Origin: Protoeuglena noctilucae
Taxonomy: Eukaryota
Direction: 5' to 3'
Assembly: GCA_958009085.1 (NCBI GenBank)
Contig: OY253668.1
Span: 1,674,001-1,738,000, forward strand
Length of the DNA: 64,000 bases
This document shows positions 22,789 to 34,681 of the stretch, one piece after another. Positions within the stretch are counted from its first letter, which is position 1; the number at the start of each line of letters is the position of its first letter. The notes beneath the pieces are model-generated. The model worked only from the letters and a program-made list of their open reading frames with translations, was not told the origin of the DNA and searched no databases. The position numbers and the translations under genes were made by a program.

Positions 22789-25184
22789 CGAAGGACGCGG
22801 GGAGGCAGTAGCCGTGGTCGATCGGGACGAGCTCGATCTCCCCCGACGCTGTGCGCCGACGCAGGATGTTGCCGCCGTTGCGGTCGGCGTTGGCCAGGCG
22901 CAGGTCCAACACGGCAATCTTGTGCACCTGCGGGGAGCGCCGTCGGGGGCTACAGAGTGAGGCCGGGGCACGAGGAGGCGTGATGATGGGACATGTCGCA
23001 CTGCAAGCACGCGGGCCGCGCATCGCATCGTCGCGGTGCTCCCCACCTCGTGCACGGGGATATTGGAGTACCCGTACTCCTCGCAGTCGCCCTCAGACGT
23101 CACGAACTCCTGCAAGGACCCCCGCTTGACCTCCTGCTGCACGCCCGAGGGGTCGTGCTTGCAGTACGACACAAGGGCCGTGGCGGGCACCCCCGCGAAG
23201 CCCCCGTGGTCCAGCAGGTACGCGGCCACCTCGCGGACCGCGCCCTCGCCGGGGATCGTCCCGCGGCGGAGGTCGGAGCTGCCCGTGCCGGGGGCCGTGC
23301 TGCCAGACCGCTGTGGCGACCCCTTGGGGTTGTTGGGGGCCGCGGGCTCCTCGTCCTGCAATGGGGAGACGAGCACAAAAGGGGTGAGATTTGAAATAAC
23401 TGATTGAAAGAGCTGGGATGCTGGACTGCCCTGTGCAGTGTGGGAAAGGGTCGGTGTGAGGCACATGCGGCGAGCCCCGGCTGGTCCAATGCAGAGGTCA
23501 AGGCGCGGCTGTCGCCCACCCGCAGCCCCCGTCGTCACCTCGGGTTTGAAGACGGCGACGCGGTCGCCATTGGCGCCCCGGAGGAAGTAGGACCCGCCCG
23601 TGCCGACGGCGGCGAGCTCGGGGTCGTAGCCCACGCTGAGGCCGAGCTGGGCGTCGAGGAACTTGCGGTTGAGGGCGTGGTTGGGGCAGGAGAGGGGAGG
23701 GGTGCCGACGGGCGCGCACTGCTGGTCGCCCACCGGCACGAGAAAGTCAGACAGGGCCGGGCCGGGGCGCTGCGAGGTGCGGCTCTGCCGGCGGTGCGCG
23801 GTGTAATCGTAGAGGGAGGCAGGGGCGACGTCGGAGCCGCTGGTAGGGGTGGCGGCGCCAGACCCCACCGGGGAGACGCGGGAGGGGAGGGAGGCGGCGT
23901 GGGGAGGGCCGGCGGGGGCGGCTGCCCCACGCGACCCACCCTGGGCCTTGCCGGAGGCGACCGTCAGCTTGCGCCGCACGGACTCGGCCGTGTCGTGGTG
24001 CGTCACGGAAAGCTCTGCGGCGGGGGCGGGGACGGGTGAGTAACCAGCTACGCAAGGCGCCGGTGGGTCGCGCGTCTGTCCCGCCACACAGTGCGCCCAG
24101 TGGTGCTCGTCGCGCGAGCGTGTTGCTGTCCTGCTCACCTAAGCTCGAGCTCTTCGTGGCTTGCATGGACATGGCCGAGGCCCGGGGCCACATGAGGTGG
24201 AGGAAGGTGTTGGGGAGGAGGGACATGTCGTCCCCGCGGGCGAGGGCGGTCGGGCGGGGAGGTGGCGTGCCGTTGCCGTTCACGATGGCGAGGCTGCTCG
24301 ACGACGGCACGGGACGGATGGCGTCGTCCGCCTCCCACCCGTCCTCCGTCGTGCCGTCAGCCGCCGTGACGACCTCCAGCTCCACCGCCCTACGCAGGCC
24401 TGCGCGATCGGAGCAGCGCGGGCGGTTGTGGTAGTTGGCGCAGCGAGGGCGCAGGACCGGCCGGAGTGCGCGGAGGTCGCACGTAAACACACAGGCACGT
24501 GAAGCGGGAAGGGCGCTCACCTCCGGAGGGCGCGCGGGGGTTCGGGAGAGCTGCGGCGGGGGCGTCGATGGGGAAGCCCAGGCCCGGTGGCATCTCGAGG
24601 GCGGGCTGGGCCCGTGAATCGCCGAAGAACACGGTCTGCTTGTCAGTGACGATGTGCCCGCCGATGATGTCCTGCGGCCGCACCAGGAGGTGCAGGTGCG
24701 CCTTGTCGTGCTTGGCCGCCCGGGCCACCTGGCCGACTATCTCGTTGTCGTGGAGCTCCCGGCCGCCGCAGACGAGGACGTGGCGGTCGTTAAACCATCC
24801 CTTGTTGCTGTGCAGCTTGAGCTTGATGTCCCGAATGGTCTGGTCCGCGAAGGCCTGGATGGTCTCGATCGTCTGCAGGCATGCGTAGCACGGCAACGTC
24901 ACGGCCGCGCTCCCCGCCCCGGCGACGCGGCACGGACGTCGACGATGCAAAAATAAAGGAGAGGAGAGGGAGCGGGGGGCGGGGCGCGCGCGGCGTCGCA
25001 CCTCTTCGTTGCCGTCGTTTCGCCTGTAGAGGAACCGGAGCGCGATTTCCTCGTGGGCCATCAGCGGGGGGACCTGCTGGCTGGCGTTCGCGAGGGCTGA
25101 TGAGAGGCCGCCCGCGGCCGGGGAGCCCCCCCGCGGGGGCACGGGGGGCGTCATGCCAGGGGGCTCCGTCATGGCTGTGGCCAT
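22789..25184 (-). CDS. Type II phosphatidylinositol 4-kinase gamma with N-terminal ubiquitin-like domain; 3'-truncated
   Basis: UBL segment ([10 protein letters not shown]...LVCGGREL), [58 protein letters not shown] and PIDHGYCLP motifs. Confidence 0.93.
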
Positions 25185-25950
25185 GGCCGTCGCGCGCGGT
25201 CGCGGGCCCCGAGAGGGATGCTCGGTCCAAGCCTCGCCCTGGCGATGCGTTCGGCGTCCCCTAACTCCCGTCGGTGGAGCTCCACGCGCTGTAGGGTACC
25301 CGGAGCCAAACGACAGGGCCGAGCCCGTCTCCGCAAGGCCCCCTGGCCGGGTTCTGCGCGCCAACAACGACTCGATGACATGAATAGCGTGGGATACGGC
25401 GCAGAACCGGGCCATGCCGCCCGGCTTCTACCCGAAGAAGCCTCTGAGAAGACTCCACGGCACGAGGCCCCCGCGAGGCCACCAGGGCTCGTATTTTCAT
25501 GACAGTGGTCTACTCGAAAGGCGACGGGCCCCGTTCGGCGCGCGATTGCCTGTCACCTTCTTCACCCGCTGCAGGGCGACCTCAGAGCGACGGGGGGCGA
25601 CGCTCCAGCACAGATCGAAGACCAAGTGACACGCAGGCAAGCTCAATCGGTTGGCCCGTCGCCCAGCGAGATGGGCGCCCACAGTCCGCCGGGTGGCACG
25701 CCAGCGAATGCCGACGTGGGGCGTAGGCCCAACTCACAGGTCATGCAACATGCAACAGCCCCGCAGGCGCAGGCCGGGGGCTCTACATCGTCCCGCGGGC
25801 TGTCAGTGGCCAGCCAGTCTGACGTCAGTATCAGGTGCAGCGATGGCACGTTCAACCGTGAGGTCACTACATCGAGATCGCAGCGAAGGACCGCAGGGAC
25901 GCGCGCGGGGTCGTCCTCTCGGGGGACGTCCGGCATGCCGGTCCATGCGG

Positions 25951-27858
25951 TCATTCAGCCAGGCTCATGACGACGCCCGGCACCATGTACTTGCTCTTGA
26001 AGTCCACCTCGTCGCCCTCACGGTGGCCCGGCAGGGGCAGCAACCTGCGCGGGGGCCAGATACAAGCGTCGTCCACCCACGCCACTTTCCGCATGGCCAA
26101 ACTGGCACACGGCGCGGCGAGCTCGTCACCTGACGGCGAGGGGCTTGCTGAGGCGGTAGGCCAAGCTCCACGTGTCAAGCATCACGGCGGCAATCTCCCG
26201 CTGGATGCGCTCGCTCTCGCCCGCGTCGCTCGCCCGGCCGGGCACGGGGACCGTGTCGAGCCCCGTGCCGCAAACGGACGAGTACATGAGCAGCTTCTGC
26301 ACCGTGAGTCGCCCCTCCCTCGCCGCCTGCGCCAGCCCCTTGTCCTCCAGGACCGGCAGCATGAGCCCTGAGTAGCCACAGAGATGGATGCCCCGGGTCG
26401 CCAGGCGCTTGCACGCCGCCGTGATGAGCGCCGCGGCGGAGAGAGAGCCGGCCCGCCCCAGCAGCCCCAGCCCGATCTTCTCCACGGACGTCGACATGTC
26501 CGGCGTGTCCAGGCCAGGGACAATGGACGCGTCCACACCGTAGCATTTCCACCCCGACGCTCCTGGGACCACGTCAGGAGAAAGGGTCAGGAGCAGCTGT
26601 AGGTGCTACCTACAGCCCTCTGCCGCCTCGCATCGCCTCTCAAACACCCACGCGCACGCACCTGCGATGGCCTCACAGGCGGACTGGACCTTGGCCGTGG
26701 CTCGGAAGAGCGCCCTGCAGGGACAGACAGGGAGGAGGACCGTGGCGCGACGCTCGCCACGCACGGAACCAGCGCGGGTCGCGACACCTTTCGATGATGC
26801 GCTGCGCGCGACTCACTCGTGCAACAGGTCCGCGGCCTTGTTCAGCCTCCCCTCGCAACGCGAGAAGGCCAGGTTGAGGATCACGTCGTTCTCCAGCCCC
26901 ACCGCGAACGAGTTACCCTGGCCCTTGCCACTGCGAGACATGCCCGGCAGAGCGGATGAACACTACGAACTTCGCAGCCGGCCCCCGCAGAGCCTTCTGT
27001 ACAAAGCACGTTCGCGCGTGTTAGACACACGCCGCGATTCCCTATCAGCGCGTCTCACCAGTACGACACGGGGAAGTAGGGCGTCCCCGGCGGCACGTTG
27101 CACGCCACGGCGAATCGGAAGTTGCCCTGCCCATCGGTCGCGTCCGCGATGTCCAGCGTCGCCTTAGCCACCGCGTACACCTCCTCGCGGATCCCCGCAT
27201 GTGAGCCCCCCGCCCTGCGGACACCGAGCAACGCCAGGGTGCAGAAAGGAAGCTAAGGATCGCTGCAGCTAGATCCCTGTGTCCTGGTCTCACCCGAGAT
27301 CGTAGGAAATGTTGGCCGTGGTCGAGCAGGACGCCACGGCAACAGCGGCGGCCAAGCCCTCTTTGGTGCGCCCGGGCCCCATCGCGACGAACGTGACGCC
27401 GTGCTCGGTTGCGAGCGTCTCCAACAAACGCATCGCGTCCACGGCCTGGTCGGGATTCACGTACTCCTCAAAGGGCTGCGTTGCGATCCTCGTGGTCTGG
27501 ACCTCTGCGGAGCAGTGCCTCAACTCTTCATGCCGCGACCGCTGCAGCGCCGCCACGACCTACCCGTCTGTCGACACGCACCGAGAGAGGTAATCGCCGT
27601 CAGCTTGGCGGCGCCTTCCTTGAGAAACGCGGCGGCGCGCTGCATGATGGGGCCCCAGGCGTCCTGCCATGATGCCTCACTGGGCCGCGGCAGCTCCACA
27701 AACGCAGTGAGACATCGGATCTGCGGATGCAACAGCGGCGCGCTGTCCGGGTCGCTGTGCGGCGCGTGGAACGACAAGTCAGCGCCGCGCACGGTCAGCG
27801 ACGATGGGCGACGCGCCTTTGGAACCGGTACTGCCCCCCCCGCCGCCTTTCCGTCCAT
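25951..27858 (-). CDS. DUF711/UPF0210 family protein
   Basis: IRCLTAF, VQTTRIATQPF, GYSGLMLPVLED, YSSVCGTGLDTVPVPG and KPLAVR|LLPLPG motifs. Confidence 0.8.
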
Positions 27859-28173
27859 GATGCACTCCTCAGGCAGCCGAGCACCGCGAGGAAACGGCGA
27901 GTGGCGAGAATCTGCTTTTATCCGCCGCGGCAGGCCTGCGAGCGGGTCGAGGCGTGAAAGCTGACCCAACGTTAACCTCGTCGACGGTTTGTTGTCACGT
28001 CAGCCGCCCACCAAGCCCAGGCTACGAACTCTCGATGCGAGGCCTGGTTCGGCTGGCGGTGCACACCGTGTCAGTGGCACAGCTACAACATCGCACTCGT
28101 CGCGCCATCGGCCCCATAGTCGCTCGTTAGCGAAGCGGACACGCGTCTCATATCCATCGCGACGCCGGTCGAC

Positions 28174-28961
28174 ATGTCCATGGCCTGTGCTGCGCGCCTT
28201 TCGCTCGTGCCGGATAGCCGCGCTCCTCTCTGCCGCCTCGGAGGATCCACCCTGCTCATAGGGCACCTGGTTCCGCCTCGAGCTTCTGTCAGGCCTGGGG
28301 CTATGACGTCCGAGGCCGGCGCAGCTACCTGGGCCCAGCGCGTTCTTACGCTTGGCGCTAAGCCGCGAGGGTGCCATCTCGTCACTCGAGAAATCGTCGC
28401 AGAGGTCCCTGAGATCGCCAACTACGAGATTGGCCTCTTGCATCTATGGCGAGGGGCTTCTCTGCGCTGACACAGCACCGGTGCTGTCGCGACCCCTCCC
28501 GCTCGACACCCAGCCTCGTCCCTCCTGCGCAGGCTGCAGCACTCGTCCGCGTCCTTGACGGTCAACGAGAACGCGAGTCCCGACGTGCGAGCTGACCTGA
28601 ACGACGCCCTTGACCGGATCGTCCCCGAGTCGGAGCGATACCGGCACGCAGACGAGGGCCCCGACGACATGCCGGCGCACGTCAAGTGCTCGCTGATGGG
28701 GGCGGGGCTGACCCTGCCCATCCGCAAAGGTCGGGCCCGCGCTGAAGCCCGATGCCGGCTCGCACGCAGCCGGCATGTCGCGAGAGCACACCCAGTGCAC
28801 ACGTGAGCCCGTTCTTGTCCGTAGGGAGCCTGGCGCTGGGGACGTGGCAGGGCATCTATCTCAACGAGCACCGCAACTACGGCGGGCCGAGGTCGATCGT
28901 CGTCACCATCCAGGGCCAGCCAGCCGCCAAGCCCTACGGGCGTAGCATCGCGGGGCGGTGA
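28174..28961 (+). CDS. UPF0047/YjbQ family protein
   Basis: [47 protein letters not shown] and [13 protein letters not shown] motifs. An alternative start lies at 28303. Confidence 0.92.
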
Positions 28962-29120
28962 ACGCCTCCCTGCTTCTGTGCTTTTTTGCTTCCCACCCCG
29001 CCGGCCTCCTCTTTCAATATCACTCGTGGAATCGGTGCAAGGGCGGCCCGACTCGAAGGCCGGGCCGAGTCTGAGCAAGAGCCAAAGGGCGAGCGAGTAC
29101 GTCCATCACAGCGCGTCCCT

Positions 29121-31030
29121 TCAAAGGAACTTCTGCTGCTGCAGGCCGTCCTCGAAGGCCTTCAGCACCAGGTGCACGTTGGCGGGCCGGGCGTTATACC
29201 CCATGAGCCCCACGCGCCACACCTTGCCCACCGACGGGCCCAGGCCGCCCGCAATCTCGACAGAGTACTTGTCCATCGCGTTGGCAATCACCTTGGCCCA
29301 GTCCACGCCCTGGGGGACCTGGATGGTGTTCACGGTCGCCAGGCGCTCCGAGGCGTCCTTCACGTACGGCTTGAGGCCCATCTGCGCGCACGGCAACGCC
29401 CAAGCGTGCGGCCCTCCCATATGACCGGCCGCAGCACGTGCCCAGCCGCGACCCGGCCGACAGGACACGCCTGCGGCAGCGCACCTTGCCGAGCCCCTCC
29501 CACAGCATCTGGTGCATCTCCTCGTGGCGCTTCCACAGGGCCGGCACGCCCTCCCCGTTGACGATCGCCAGGGCCTCCCGCATGGCGTAGAAGGTGGAGA
29601 CGACGCCCGTGTGGTGGAAGCTGCGCTTGTTGAACCAGCCCCAGTAGTCGCCGATGAGCGTCATGTCCAGGTTGAACGACTGGACCTTGGTCTTGCGGGA
29701 CTGGAGCTTCTGCATGGCGCGCTCCGAGAAAAAGAACGGAGCGGCGCCGGGCGGGCCGGACAGGCACTTTTGCGACCCCGAGTAGATGCAGTCGACGCCC
29801 CACTCGTCGGCCATCAGCGGCACCCCGCCGAGCGAGCACACCGTGTCCACCAGAAGGAGCGTGCCGTTCGCCCGGCAGATCTCCCCCAGCCCCGCCAGGT
29901 TCTGGTGAACGCCCGTAGAGGACTCCCCCTGGCACAGGAAGAGCACGGCGGGCTTGTGCTGCTCCAGGTGCTGCAGCGGGGACAGGCGGGGTGGGTGGGT
30001 GAGGGCGGCTCGCCTGTTGTGCAGAACCTTTTGTCAAGGCCGGGCGGGGTGCAGTGCGCGGCCGGGACTTGGACTGACAGCCTTGTACAGCACGTGGCCG
30101 GCCCACCTTGCGAATCGTCTCCTTGTCAAAGCCCCGCCCCTCCTCGGCCTTCATCTCCACGACCTTGGCCCCGAACCGCCCCGCCATGTCCGCCACGCGC
30201 TGACCCCAGATGCCGGCAACGCCCACCACGATCGTCTCGCCCGGCTCCAGCAGGTTCACGATCGCTGCCTCCATGCCCGCGTGCCCCGTCCCCGACACCA
30301 GGAGCGTGTACTTGGAGTCCGTCTGGAAGACGTAGCGCAGGCCCTCCTGGCATTCGTCCATGATCTTCAGCAGAGGAGGGTGCATGTGGCTGCGGGCGGG
30401 GCCGGCGCGGGGCTCGTCGCGGGAGTTGGAGGCCGCCCTGGCGACTGCGACGCGGGCCGTCCGGTGGCCTCCGCGGCCCGGCCGACGACTCCCGGGGCAC
30501 ACGAACTGCACACACATCCCCGCTCTGCTGGCGCGCGCTCACCCCAACAGCGGAAGCGCCATGGCATTCAGGACACGTGGATATGCGTTGGCGGGCCCGG
30601 GTCCCATCAGCAAGCGGTTGGGGACCTGCGGGAGCAAGGAGCCGGGTCCCTGTCGGCGCCTCGCTGGCGGACATGGAGGGCTGCGCTCACGGGGCGGTCC
30701 CCAGAGGGAGTGGCGATGGGCGGGCCGCGTGACGGGCGCTCGGGCCAGGAGCGATGTCGACGCCGCGGTAGATGTTTTCAGGACAATCGAATCTTGCCAT
30801 CGGGATGTGACAGCGGGGCCGGGATGGCCCACCCGAGGCCGCCCGGCGCGGAAACCCCCAGTCTGGGCGGAGGGGCTCACCTCGATGGCCTTCGTGGGGT
30901 CCATGCGGTGCGCATCCTTGATGGCGCCCACCGTCTCCCCGGGGCAGCTCTTGGCCGCCGAGGCGGACGAGTGGAAGCCCCGGAGGAGCCGAGACGCCTC
31001 AAGCGCCCTCTTCAGCTGGGACTTCGACAT
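29121..31030 (-). CDS. AGT: Alanine/serine-glyoxylate aminotransferase (class V PLP enzyme) with mitochondrial-type presequence
   Basis: RLLMGPGP, LLG|HMHP, SGTGHAGMEA, GESSTGV, DTVCSLGG, YSGSQKCL (PLP lysine) and EIAGGLGP..GKVWRVGLMG motifs. Confidence 0.93.
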
Positions 31031-31271
31031 GATGAAGAAAGGCAGACGCGTCCAGCCCGGCCAGCCAGGTGACGACGGCAGGTGATTCAGGCTACGGCTG
31101 GCAAGGTGCAGCACAAGAACTCGTGGTCGCATCTTTCCCCCCGCACGCCGGCTCCCGACGCACATTGATAGCAGGGACGTCGAGTGCTCGTGAGCATCTG
31201 TCGTGCTCCATTGCTTTCGCGAAAGAAGACGCCGTGACATAGGATCGAATCACTGGGCCGGGGAGGGAGCC

Positions 31272-32123
31272 ATGTCCGTGCGTCTAGCCCTGCGGGCTTC
31301 CAGACGCCACGTGCTGGGCGGGGCGTGGCCTGCACCCGCGCGGGGCTTCGCCGACAGCCTGAAAAGCTTCGCGGAGGATGGCGCTGTGGCCTCCTCCTCG
31401 AACGCCAAGAGGGATTTGAGGCAAGGCATGGAAGTGTCCTGTCAAACGTGCTCCCTCCCCTGCGCTGTGGCCGGCGTACGCCTCGCCCGCTTCGGGGGAT
31501 GCGTTGGCCTGCCTGGGTCCCCTTCCTGCCCCTCCCCCGGGGTCCCAGGCGGCCCTGCGGCCGCGATGGCCAGAGCGTGTGCAACATCTTAGTCATACCT
31601 GCTTGCGCAAACCCGCTCGCTCGTCGGCGCGTCGCGGCGTGCGTGTTTTCCTCGACAAGAACGCGGACGCGCATCCCCACAACAAAACGCCCTCGCCTTC
31701 TCCTCCCAGAGCGACGGGGGGCCTCGGGCTGGGGGATGGAATCAAGACGCACACGGAGAAGTGGTTCTGGGGTAAAGGGCCGACGCCGATGGAGTACATC
31801 TTACGCGTGGAGCCCATCGCCAACAAGGGCAGCGTGGCCGCGTGCTACGGCGGCGTCGAGCCGGCGCTCGGCCACGAGGTGCGGCGCGCTGAGGCGGCCG
31901 GGAGCCCTAGAAGGAGCTCGTAGAAGGAGCTCATAGCGCACAGTGCACTGGGCGCCAGGGCGGCGCATCCCTTCAGCCACCGCTTTGCCTCTTGATCGCC
32001 TGCTCCTGTCGGCATGCGCAGGTCGAGTACATCAAGGTGACGGGGCGGTCCAAGGACGACCCCGCGGTGTGCAAGTACTGCGGGCTGCGCTACTACGAGG
32101 CCCCCGGCCACCACGGCCACTAG
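31272..32123 (+). CDS. NDUFS6: Complex I 13 kDa zinc-finger subunit (NDUFS6), 3 exons
   Basis: Presequence MSVRLALRASRR; ACYGGVEPALGHE|VEYIK...AVCKYCGLRYY zf-CHCC motif. Confidence 0.92.
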
Positions 32124-32298
32124 GTTGACAATCATACGCGTCTCTTCATGCGTCTGCATGTGATAGTTTGAAGGCTTGCGTTGCGTCAGTGGGGCCCGCA
32201 GCAGCGGACGCACGTGCGGCGAGCGCGCCTACGTTGCGAGTTGCGACAAACTAGAAACGGGGGCGGGGGTGTGCTGCAGCTGGGGCCTGCGTCTCGGC

Positions 32299-34470
32299 TC
32301 AAGCCTGCGCGAACTCGATGCCCTTCTTGATGTTGTCACGCAGCACGGGCACCAACTCCTCAAGGCACTTCTTCTCGTGCGCCGACAGCGGCGTGTTGCC
32401 GACCTGCAGCGGCAGCACCTCCTTCACGCCCTCCTTGCCCAGCAAGCTGCGGGAGCAGGGAAGAGTCCAGCGTCGGTCCGCCATGCCCGCCGCGGACCCG
32501 AGTCACCCCCGCGGCGCTATCACGGGCGCCCCCAGCCCCCCCGCACGAGCCCCGCGCAAGACCCACCAGCGAGTGGCGAAGAACTGGAGCCCCTCCATGA
32601 TGGTCGTGTCCACGTACGCGCACTCGACGACCCCCTGCTCCCCGTCCAGCGCGCGCAGGGCGCTCTGGAGGAAGCCACACGCCGCGTACGCCATCGACAG
32701 CGTGGCCGAGCCCTTCCCGTCCTTGGCCTTGACGACCTCCGTGCCGGCCTCCTGCGAACGCACAACACGCGCGGCACTCTCTGAGCACCGTCACCGTTTG
32801 TGAGATTCCCCTCTCAAACCGAGCATGCCACCCGTACCATCGTCCCGTGCACCGCCCCACGATCCGCAAAGCACCGCCCCCGATCCTCGCCTGGATCTTC
32901 ACGGTCATGGCCGCGGCCTCTTGGTCGTTCCACTTGCTGGCGCTCGCGGGCGACGTCTGGGAGAGCAGCGGCAGGATCGTGTTGCCCGCGTGGCCGCCCA
33001 CCACGGGGACCGACACGTCCTTCACTGACAGGCCCCGGGCCTCAGACACGAACGTGTTGGCGCGGACCACGTCCAGCCTGCGGCATCGGGAGCGGGCGCG
33101 CGTGCTCATGCGCGGCAATGGCGCTGTGCCAGCGCGGTGACCGCACTTTGTCGCATGCCCTGACGGAGCAGCAGCCCGTTCGGACGCGTCCGCCGCATGC
33201 CGCTGCCTCGCCTCGTCACGCCCATGAGCTTGCGCTTGTCGTAGACGCCCTTGGCGCGGAACACCTCAGCGGCGATGGGGACGGTCGAGTTGACGGGGTT
33301 GGAGATGACGTGGATCTGGGCCTGGGGGCAGTGCTCGGCGCACGCCTCGGCGAGGGTCTTGACGATGCCCGCGTTGGTGAGGAAGAGGTCGTCCCGCGTC
33401 ATGCCGGGCTTCCGGGGCTGCAGGCAACGGGCGCCGGGGGCCTTCACAGGGCGGGGCTGCAGCGGCGACGCACGGCGGGCAGCCCAGGATCGGGAGCCGG
33501 CTTACCACTCCCGCGGGGATGACGACGACCTGGCAGCCCTTCAGGGCGTTCGGGAGCTCCTCGGGGCCCGTGAAATGGGCCACCTTCGACGGCGTGTTGA
33601 TGTGGGACAGATCCGCGGCGACGCCCGCCATCGGCGCCACATCTGGCGGCGAAGGGAAAGTGGTCGCGACACGACAGGTCGGGCCGGTGCCCAAGCGGCG
33701 CGGCCGGGTTGCGAAAAGCACCAGGTGCAAGGGCGCGATCTCCGCGCCTCCAGCGCACCGTCGCACCGAACTCGGCCGCCCAGCTCACCGTACAGGTTCA
33801 GAGTCGACACCTCCGGCAGCATCTTGACGAGGAGGGCCAGGGGCTGGCCAATCCCACCGCCAGCCCCCAAGATGGCGACCTTGTGGGCCTGCGCGGGGCG
33901 TGGCGGGGCGCAGTCGGCGCATACGGTGCAAAGGATTTCATTTTAGCGTCACAAGGACTGCGCGTCGGCCGTCCCCGTGGTCGGAGGCGCCCAAAAACTC
34001 GGGTCCCGACGCAGGCCTCGGCGCGGCGTTGATTTCCGCGCAAGGAGCGGCTGAGGCGCCGATCGTGTCGATCCAGAGCGAAGTAATCGAGGTATGCAGC
34101 GGAATGCGACGAGGCGCGGTCCAATATTGCAGCGGAGTTGCCCGGGAGAGGGCCGACAGAAGGAACTGTCGCCACGCCGCGGGAGCGTCCCCGACGGCTC
34201 CCCACGACCCGCTGAGCAGTTCCGCCGCACGCTCGGTGCCGAATTCGACCCGTCGACCCGTGCCAAGGGGGGCAGCGATGCCCTGGAACGCGGGGCGGGG
34301 GCGCAAAGGCCTCGGGCGGAATCACGCACCTCCACAAGCACGACGCGGGCCCGGGAGCGGCGATCCCCAGCAGCAACGCGCGGTTTGTACGTGACGGCCT
34401 TGCCCCGGAATGCGGAGGCGCCCTGCATCCCTCCCCGCGACGCAGCGACCCCAACAAACTGCCCCTGCAT
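32299..34470 (-). CDS. MDH: NAD-dependent malate dehydrogenase, probably plastid-targeted
   Basis: [49 protein letters not shown] and [17 protein letters not shown] motifs; the first exon resembles a transit peptide. Confidence 0.95.
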
Positions 34471-34681
34471 GCTTTTCCCGCTATCTCTCTATGCGCCGGT
34501 GGCCGATGCTTCACACCTCGCGTTCTGCACCCGCGAAGCTGCACCCCTCGCGCTGGAACGGCCAGGCGGACGAGGCATTGCCCTGCCAGGGTGCAGCGTG
34601 CGAACGCTGTTCAAGCTGCAGCACGACACGGCGAGAAGAAGCAAGCAAGCGCTTCTACGAGAGCCCAGCGACGCCAGGACC

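Noticed and set aside
22034..23023. ORFs reading through the N gap and joining PP2C-EGF with PI4K sequence
   Set aside because: This is an artefact of translating Ns; the two genes are on opposite strands.
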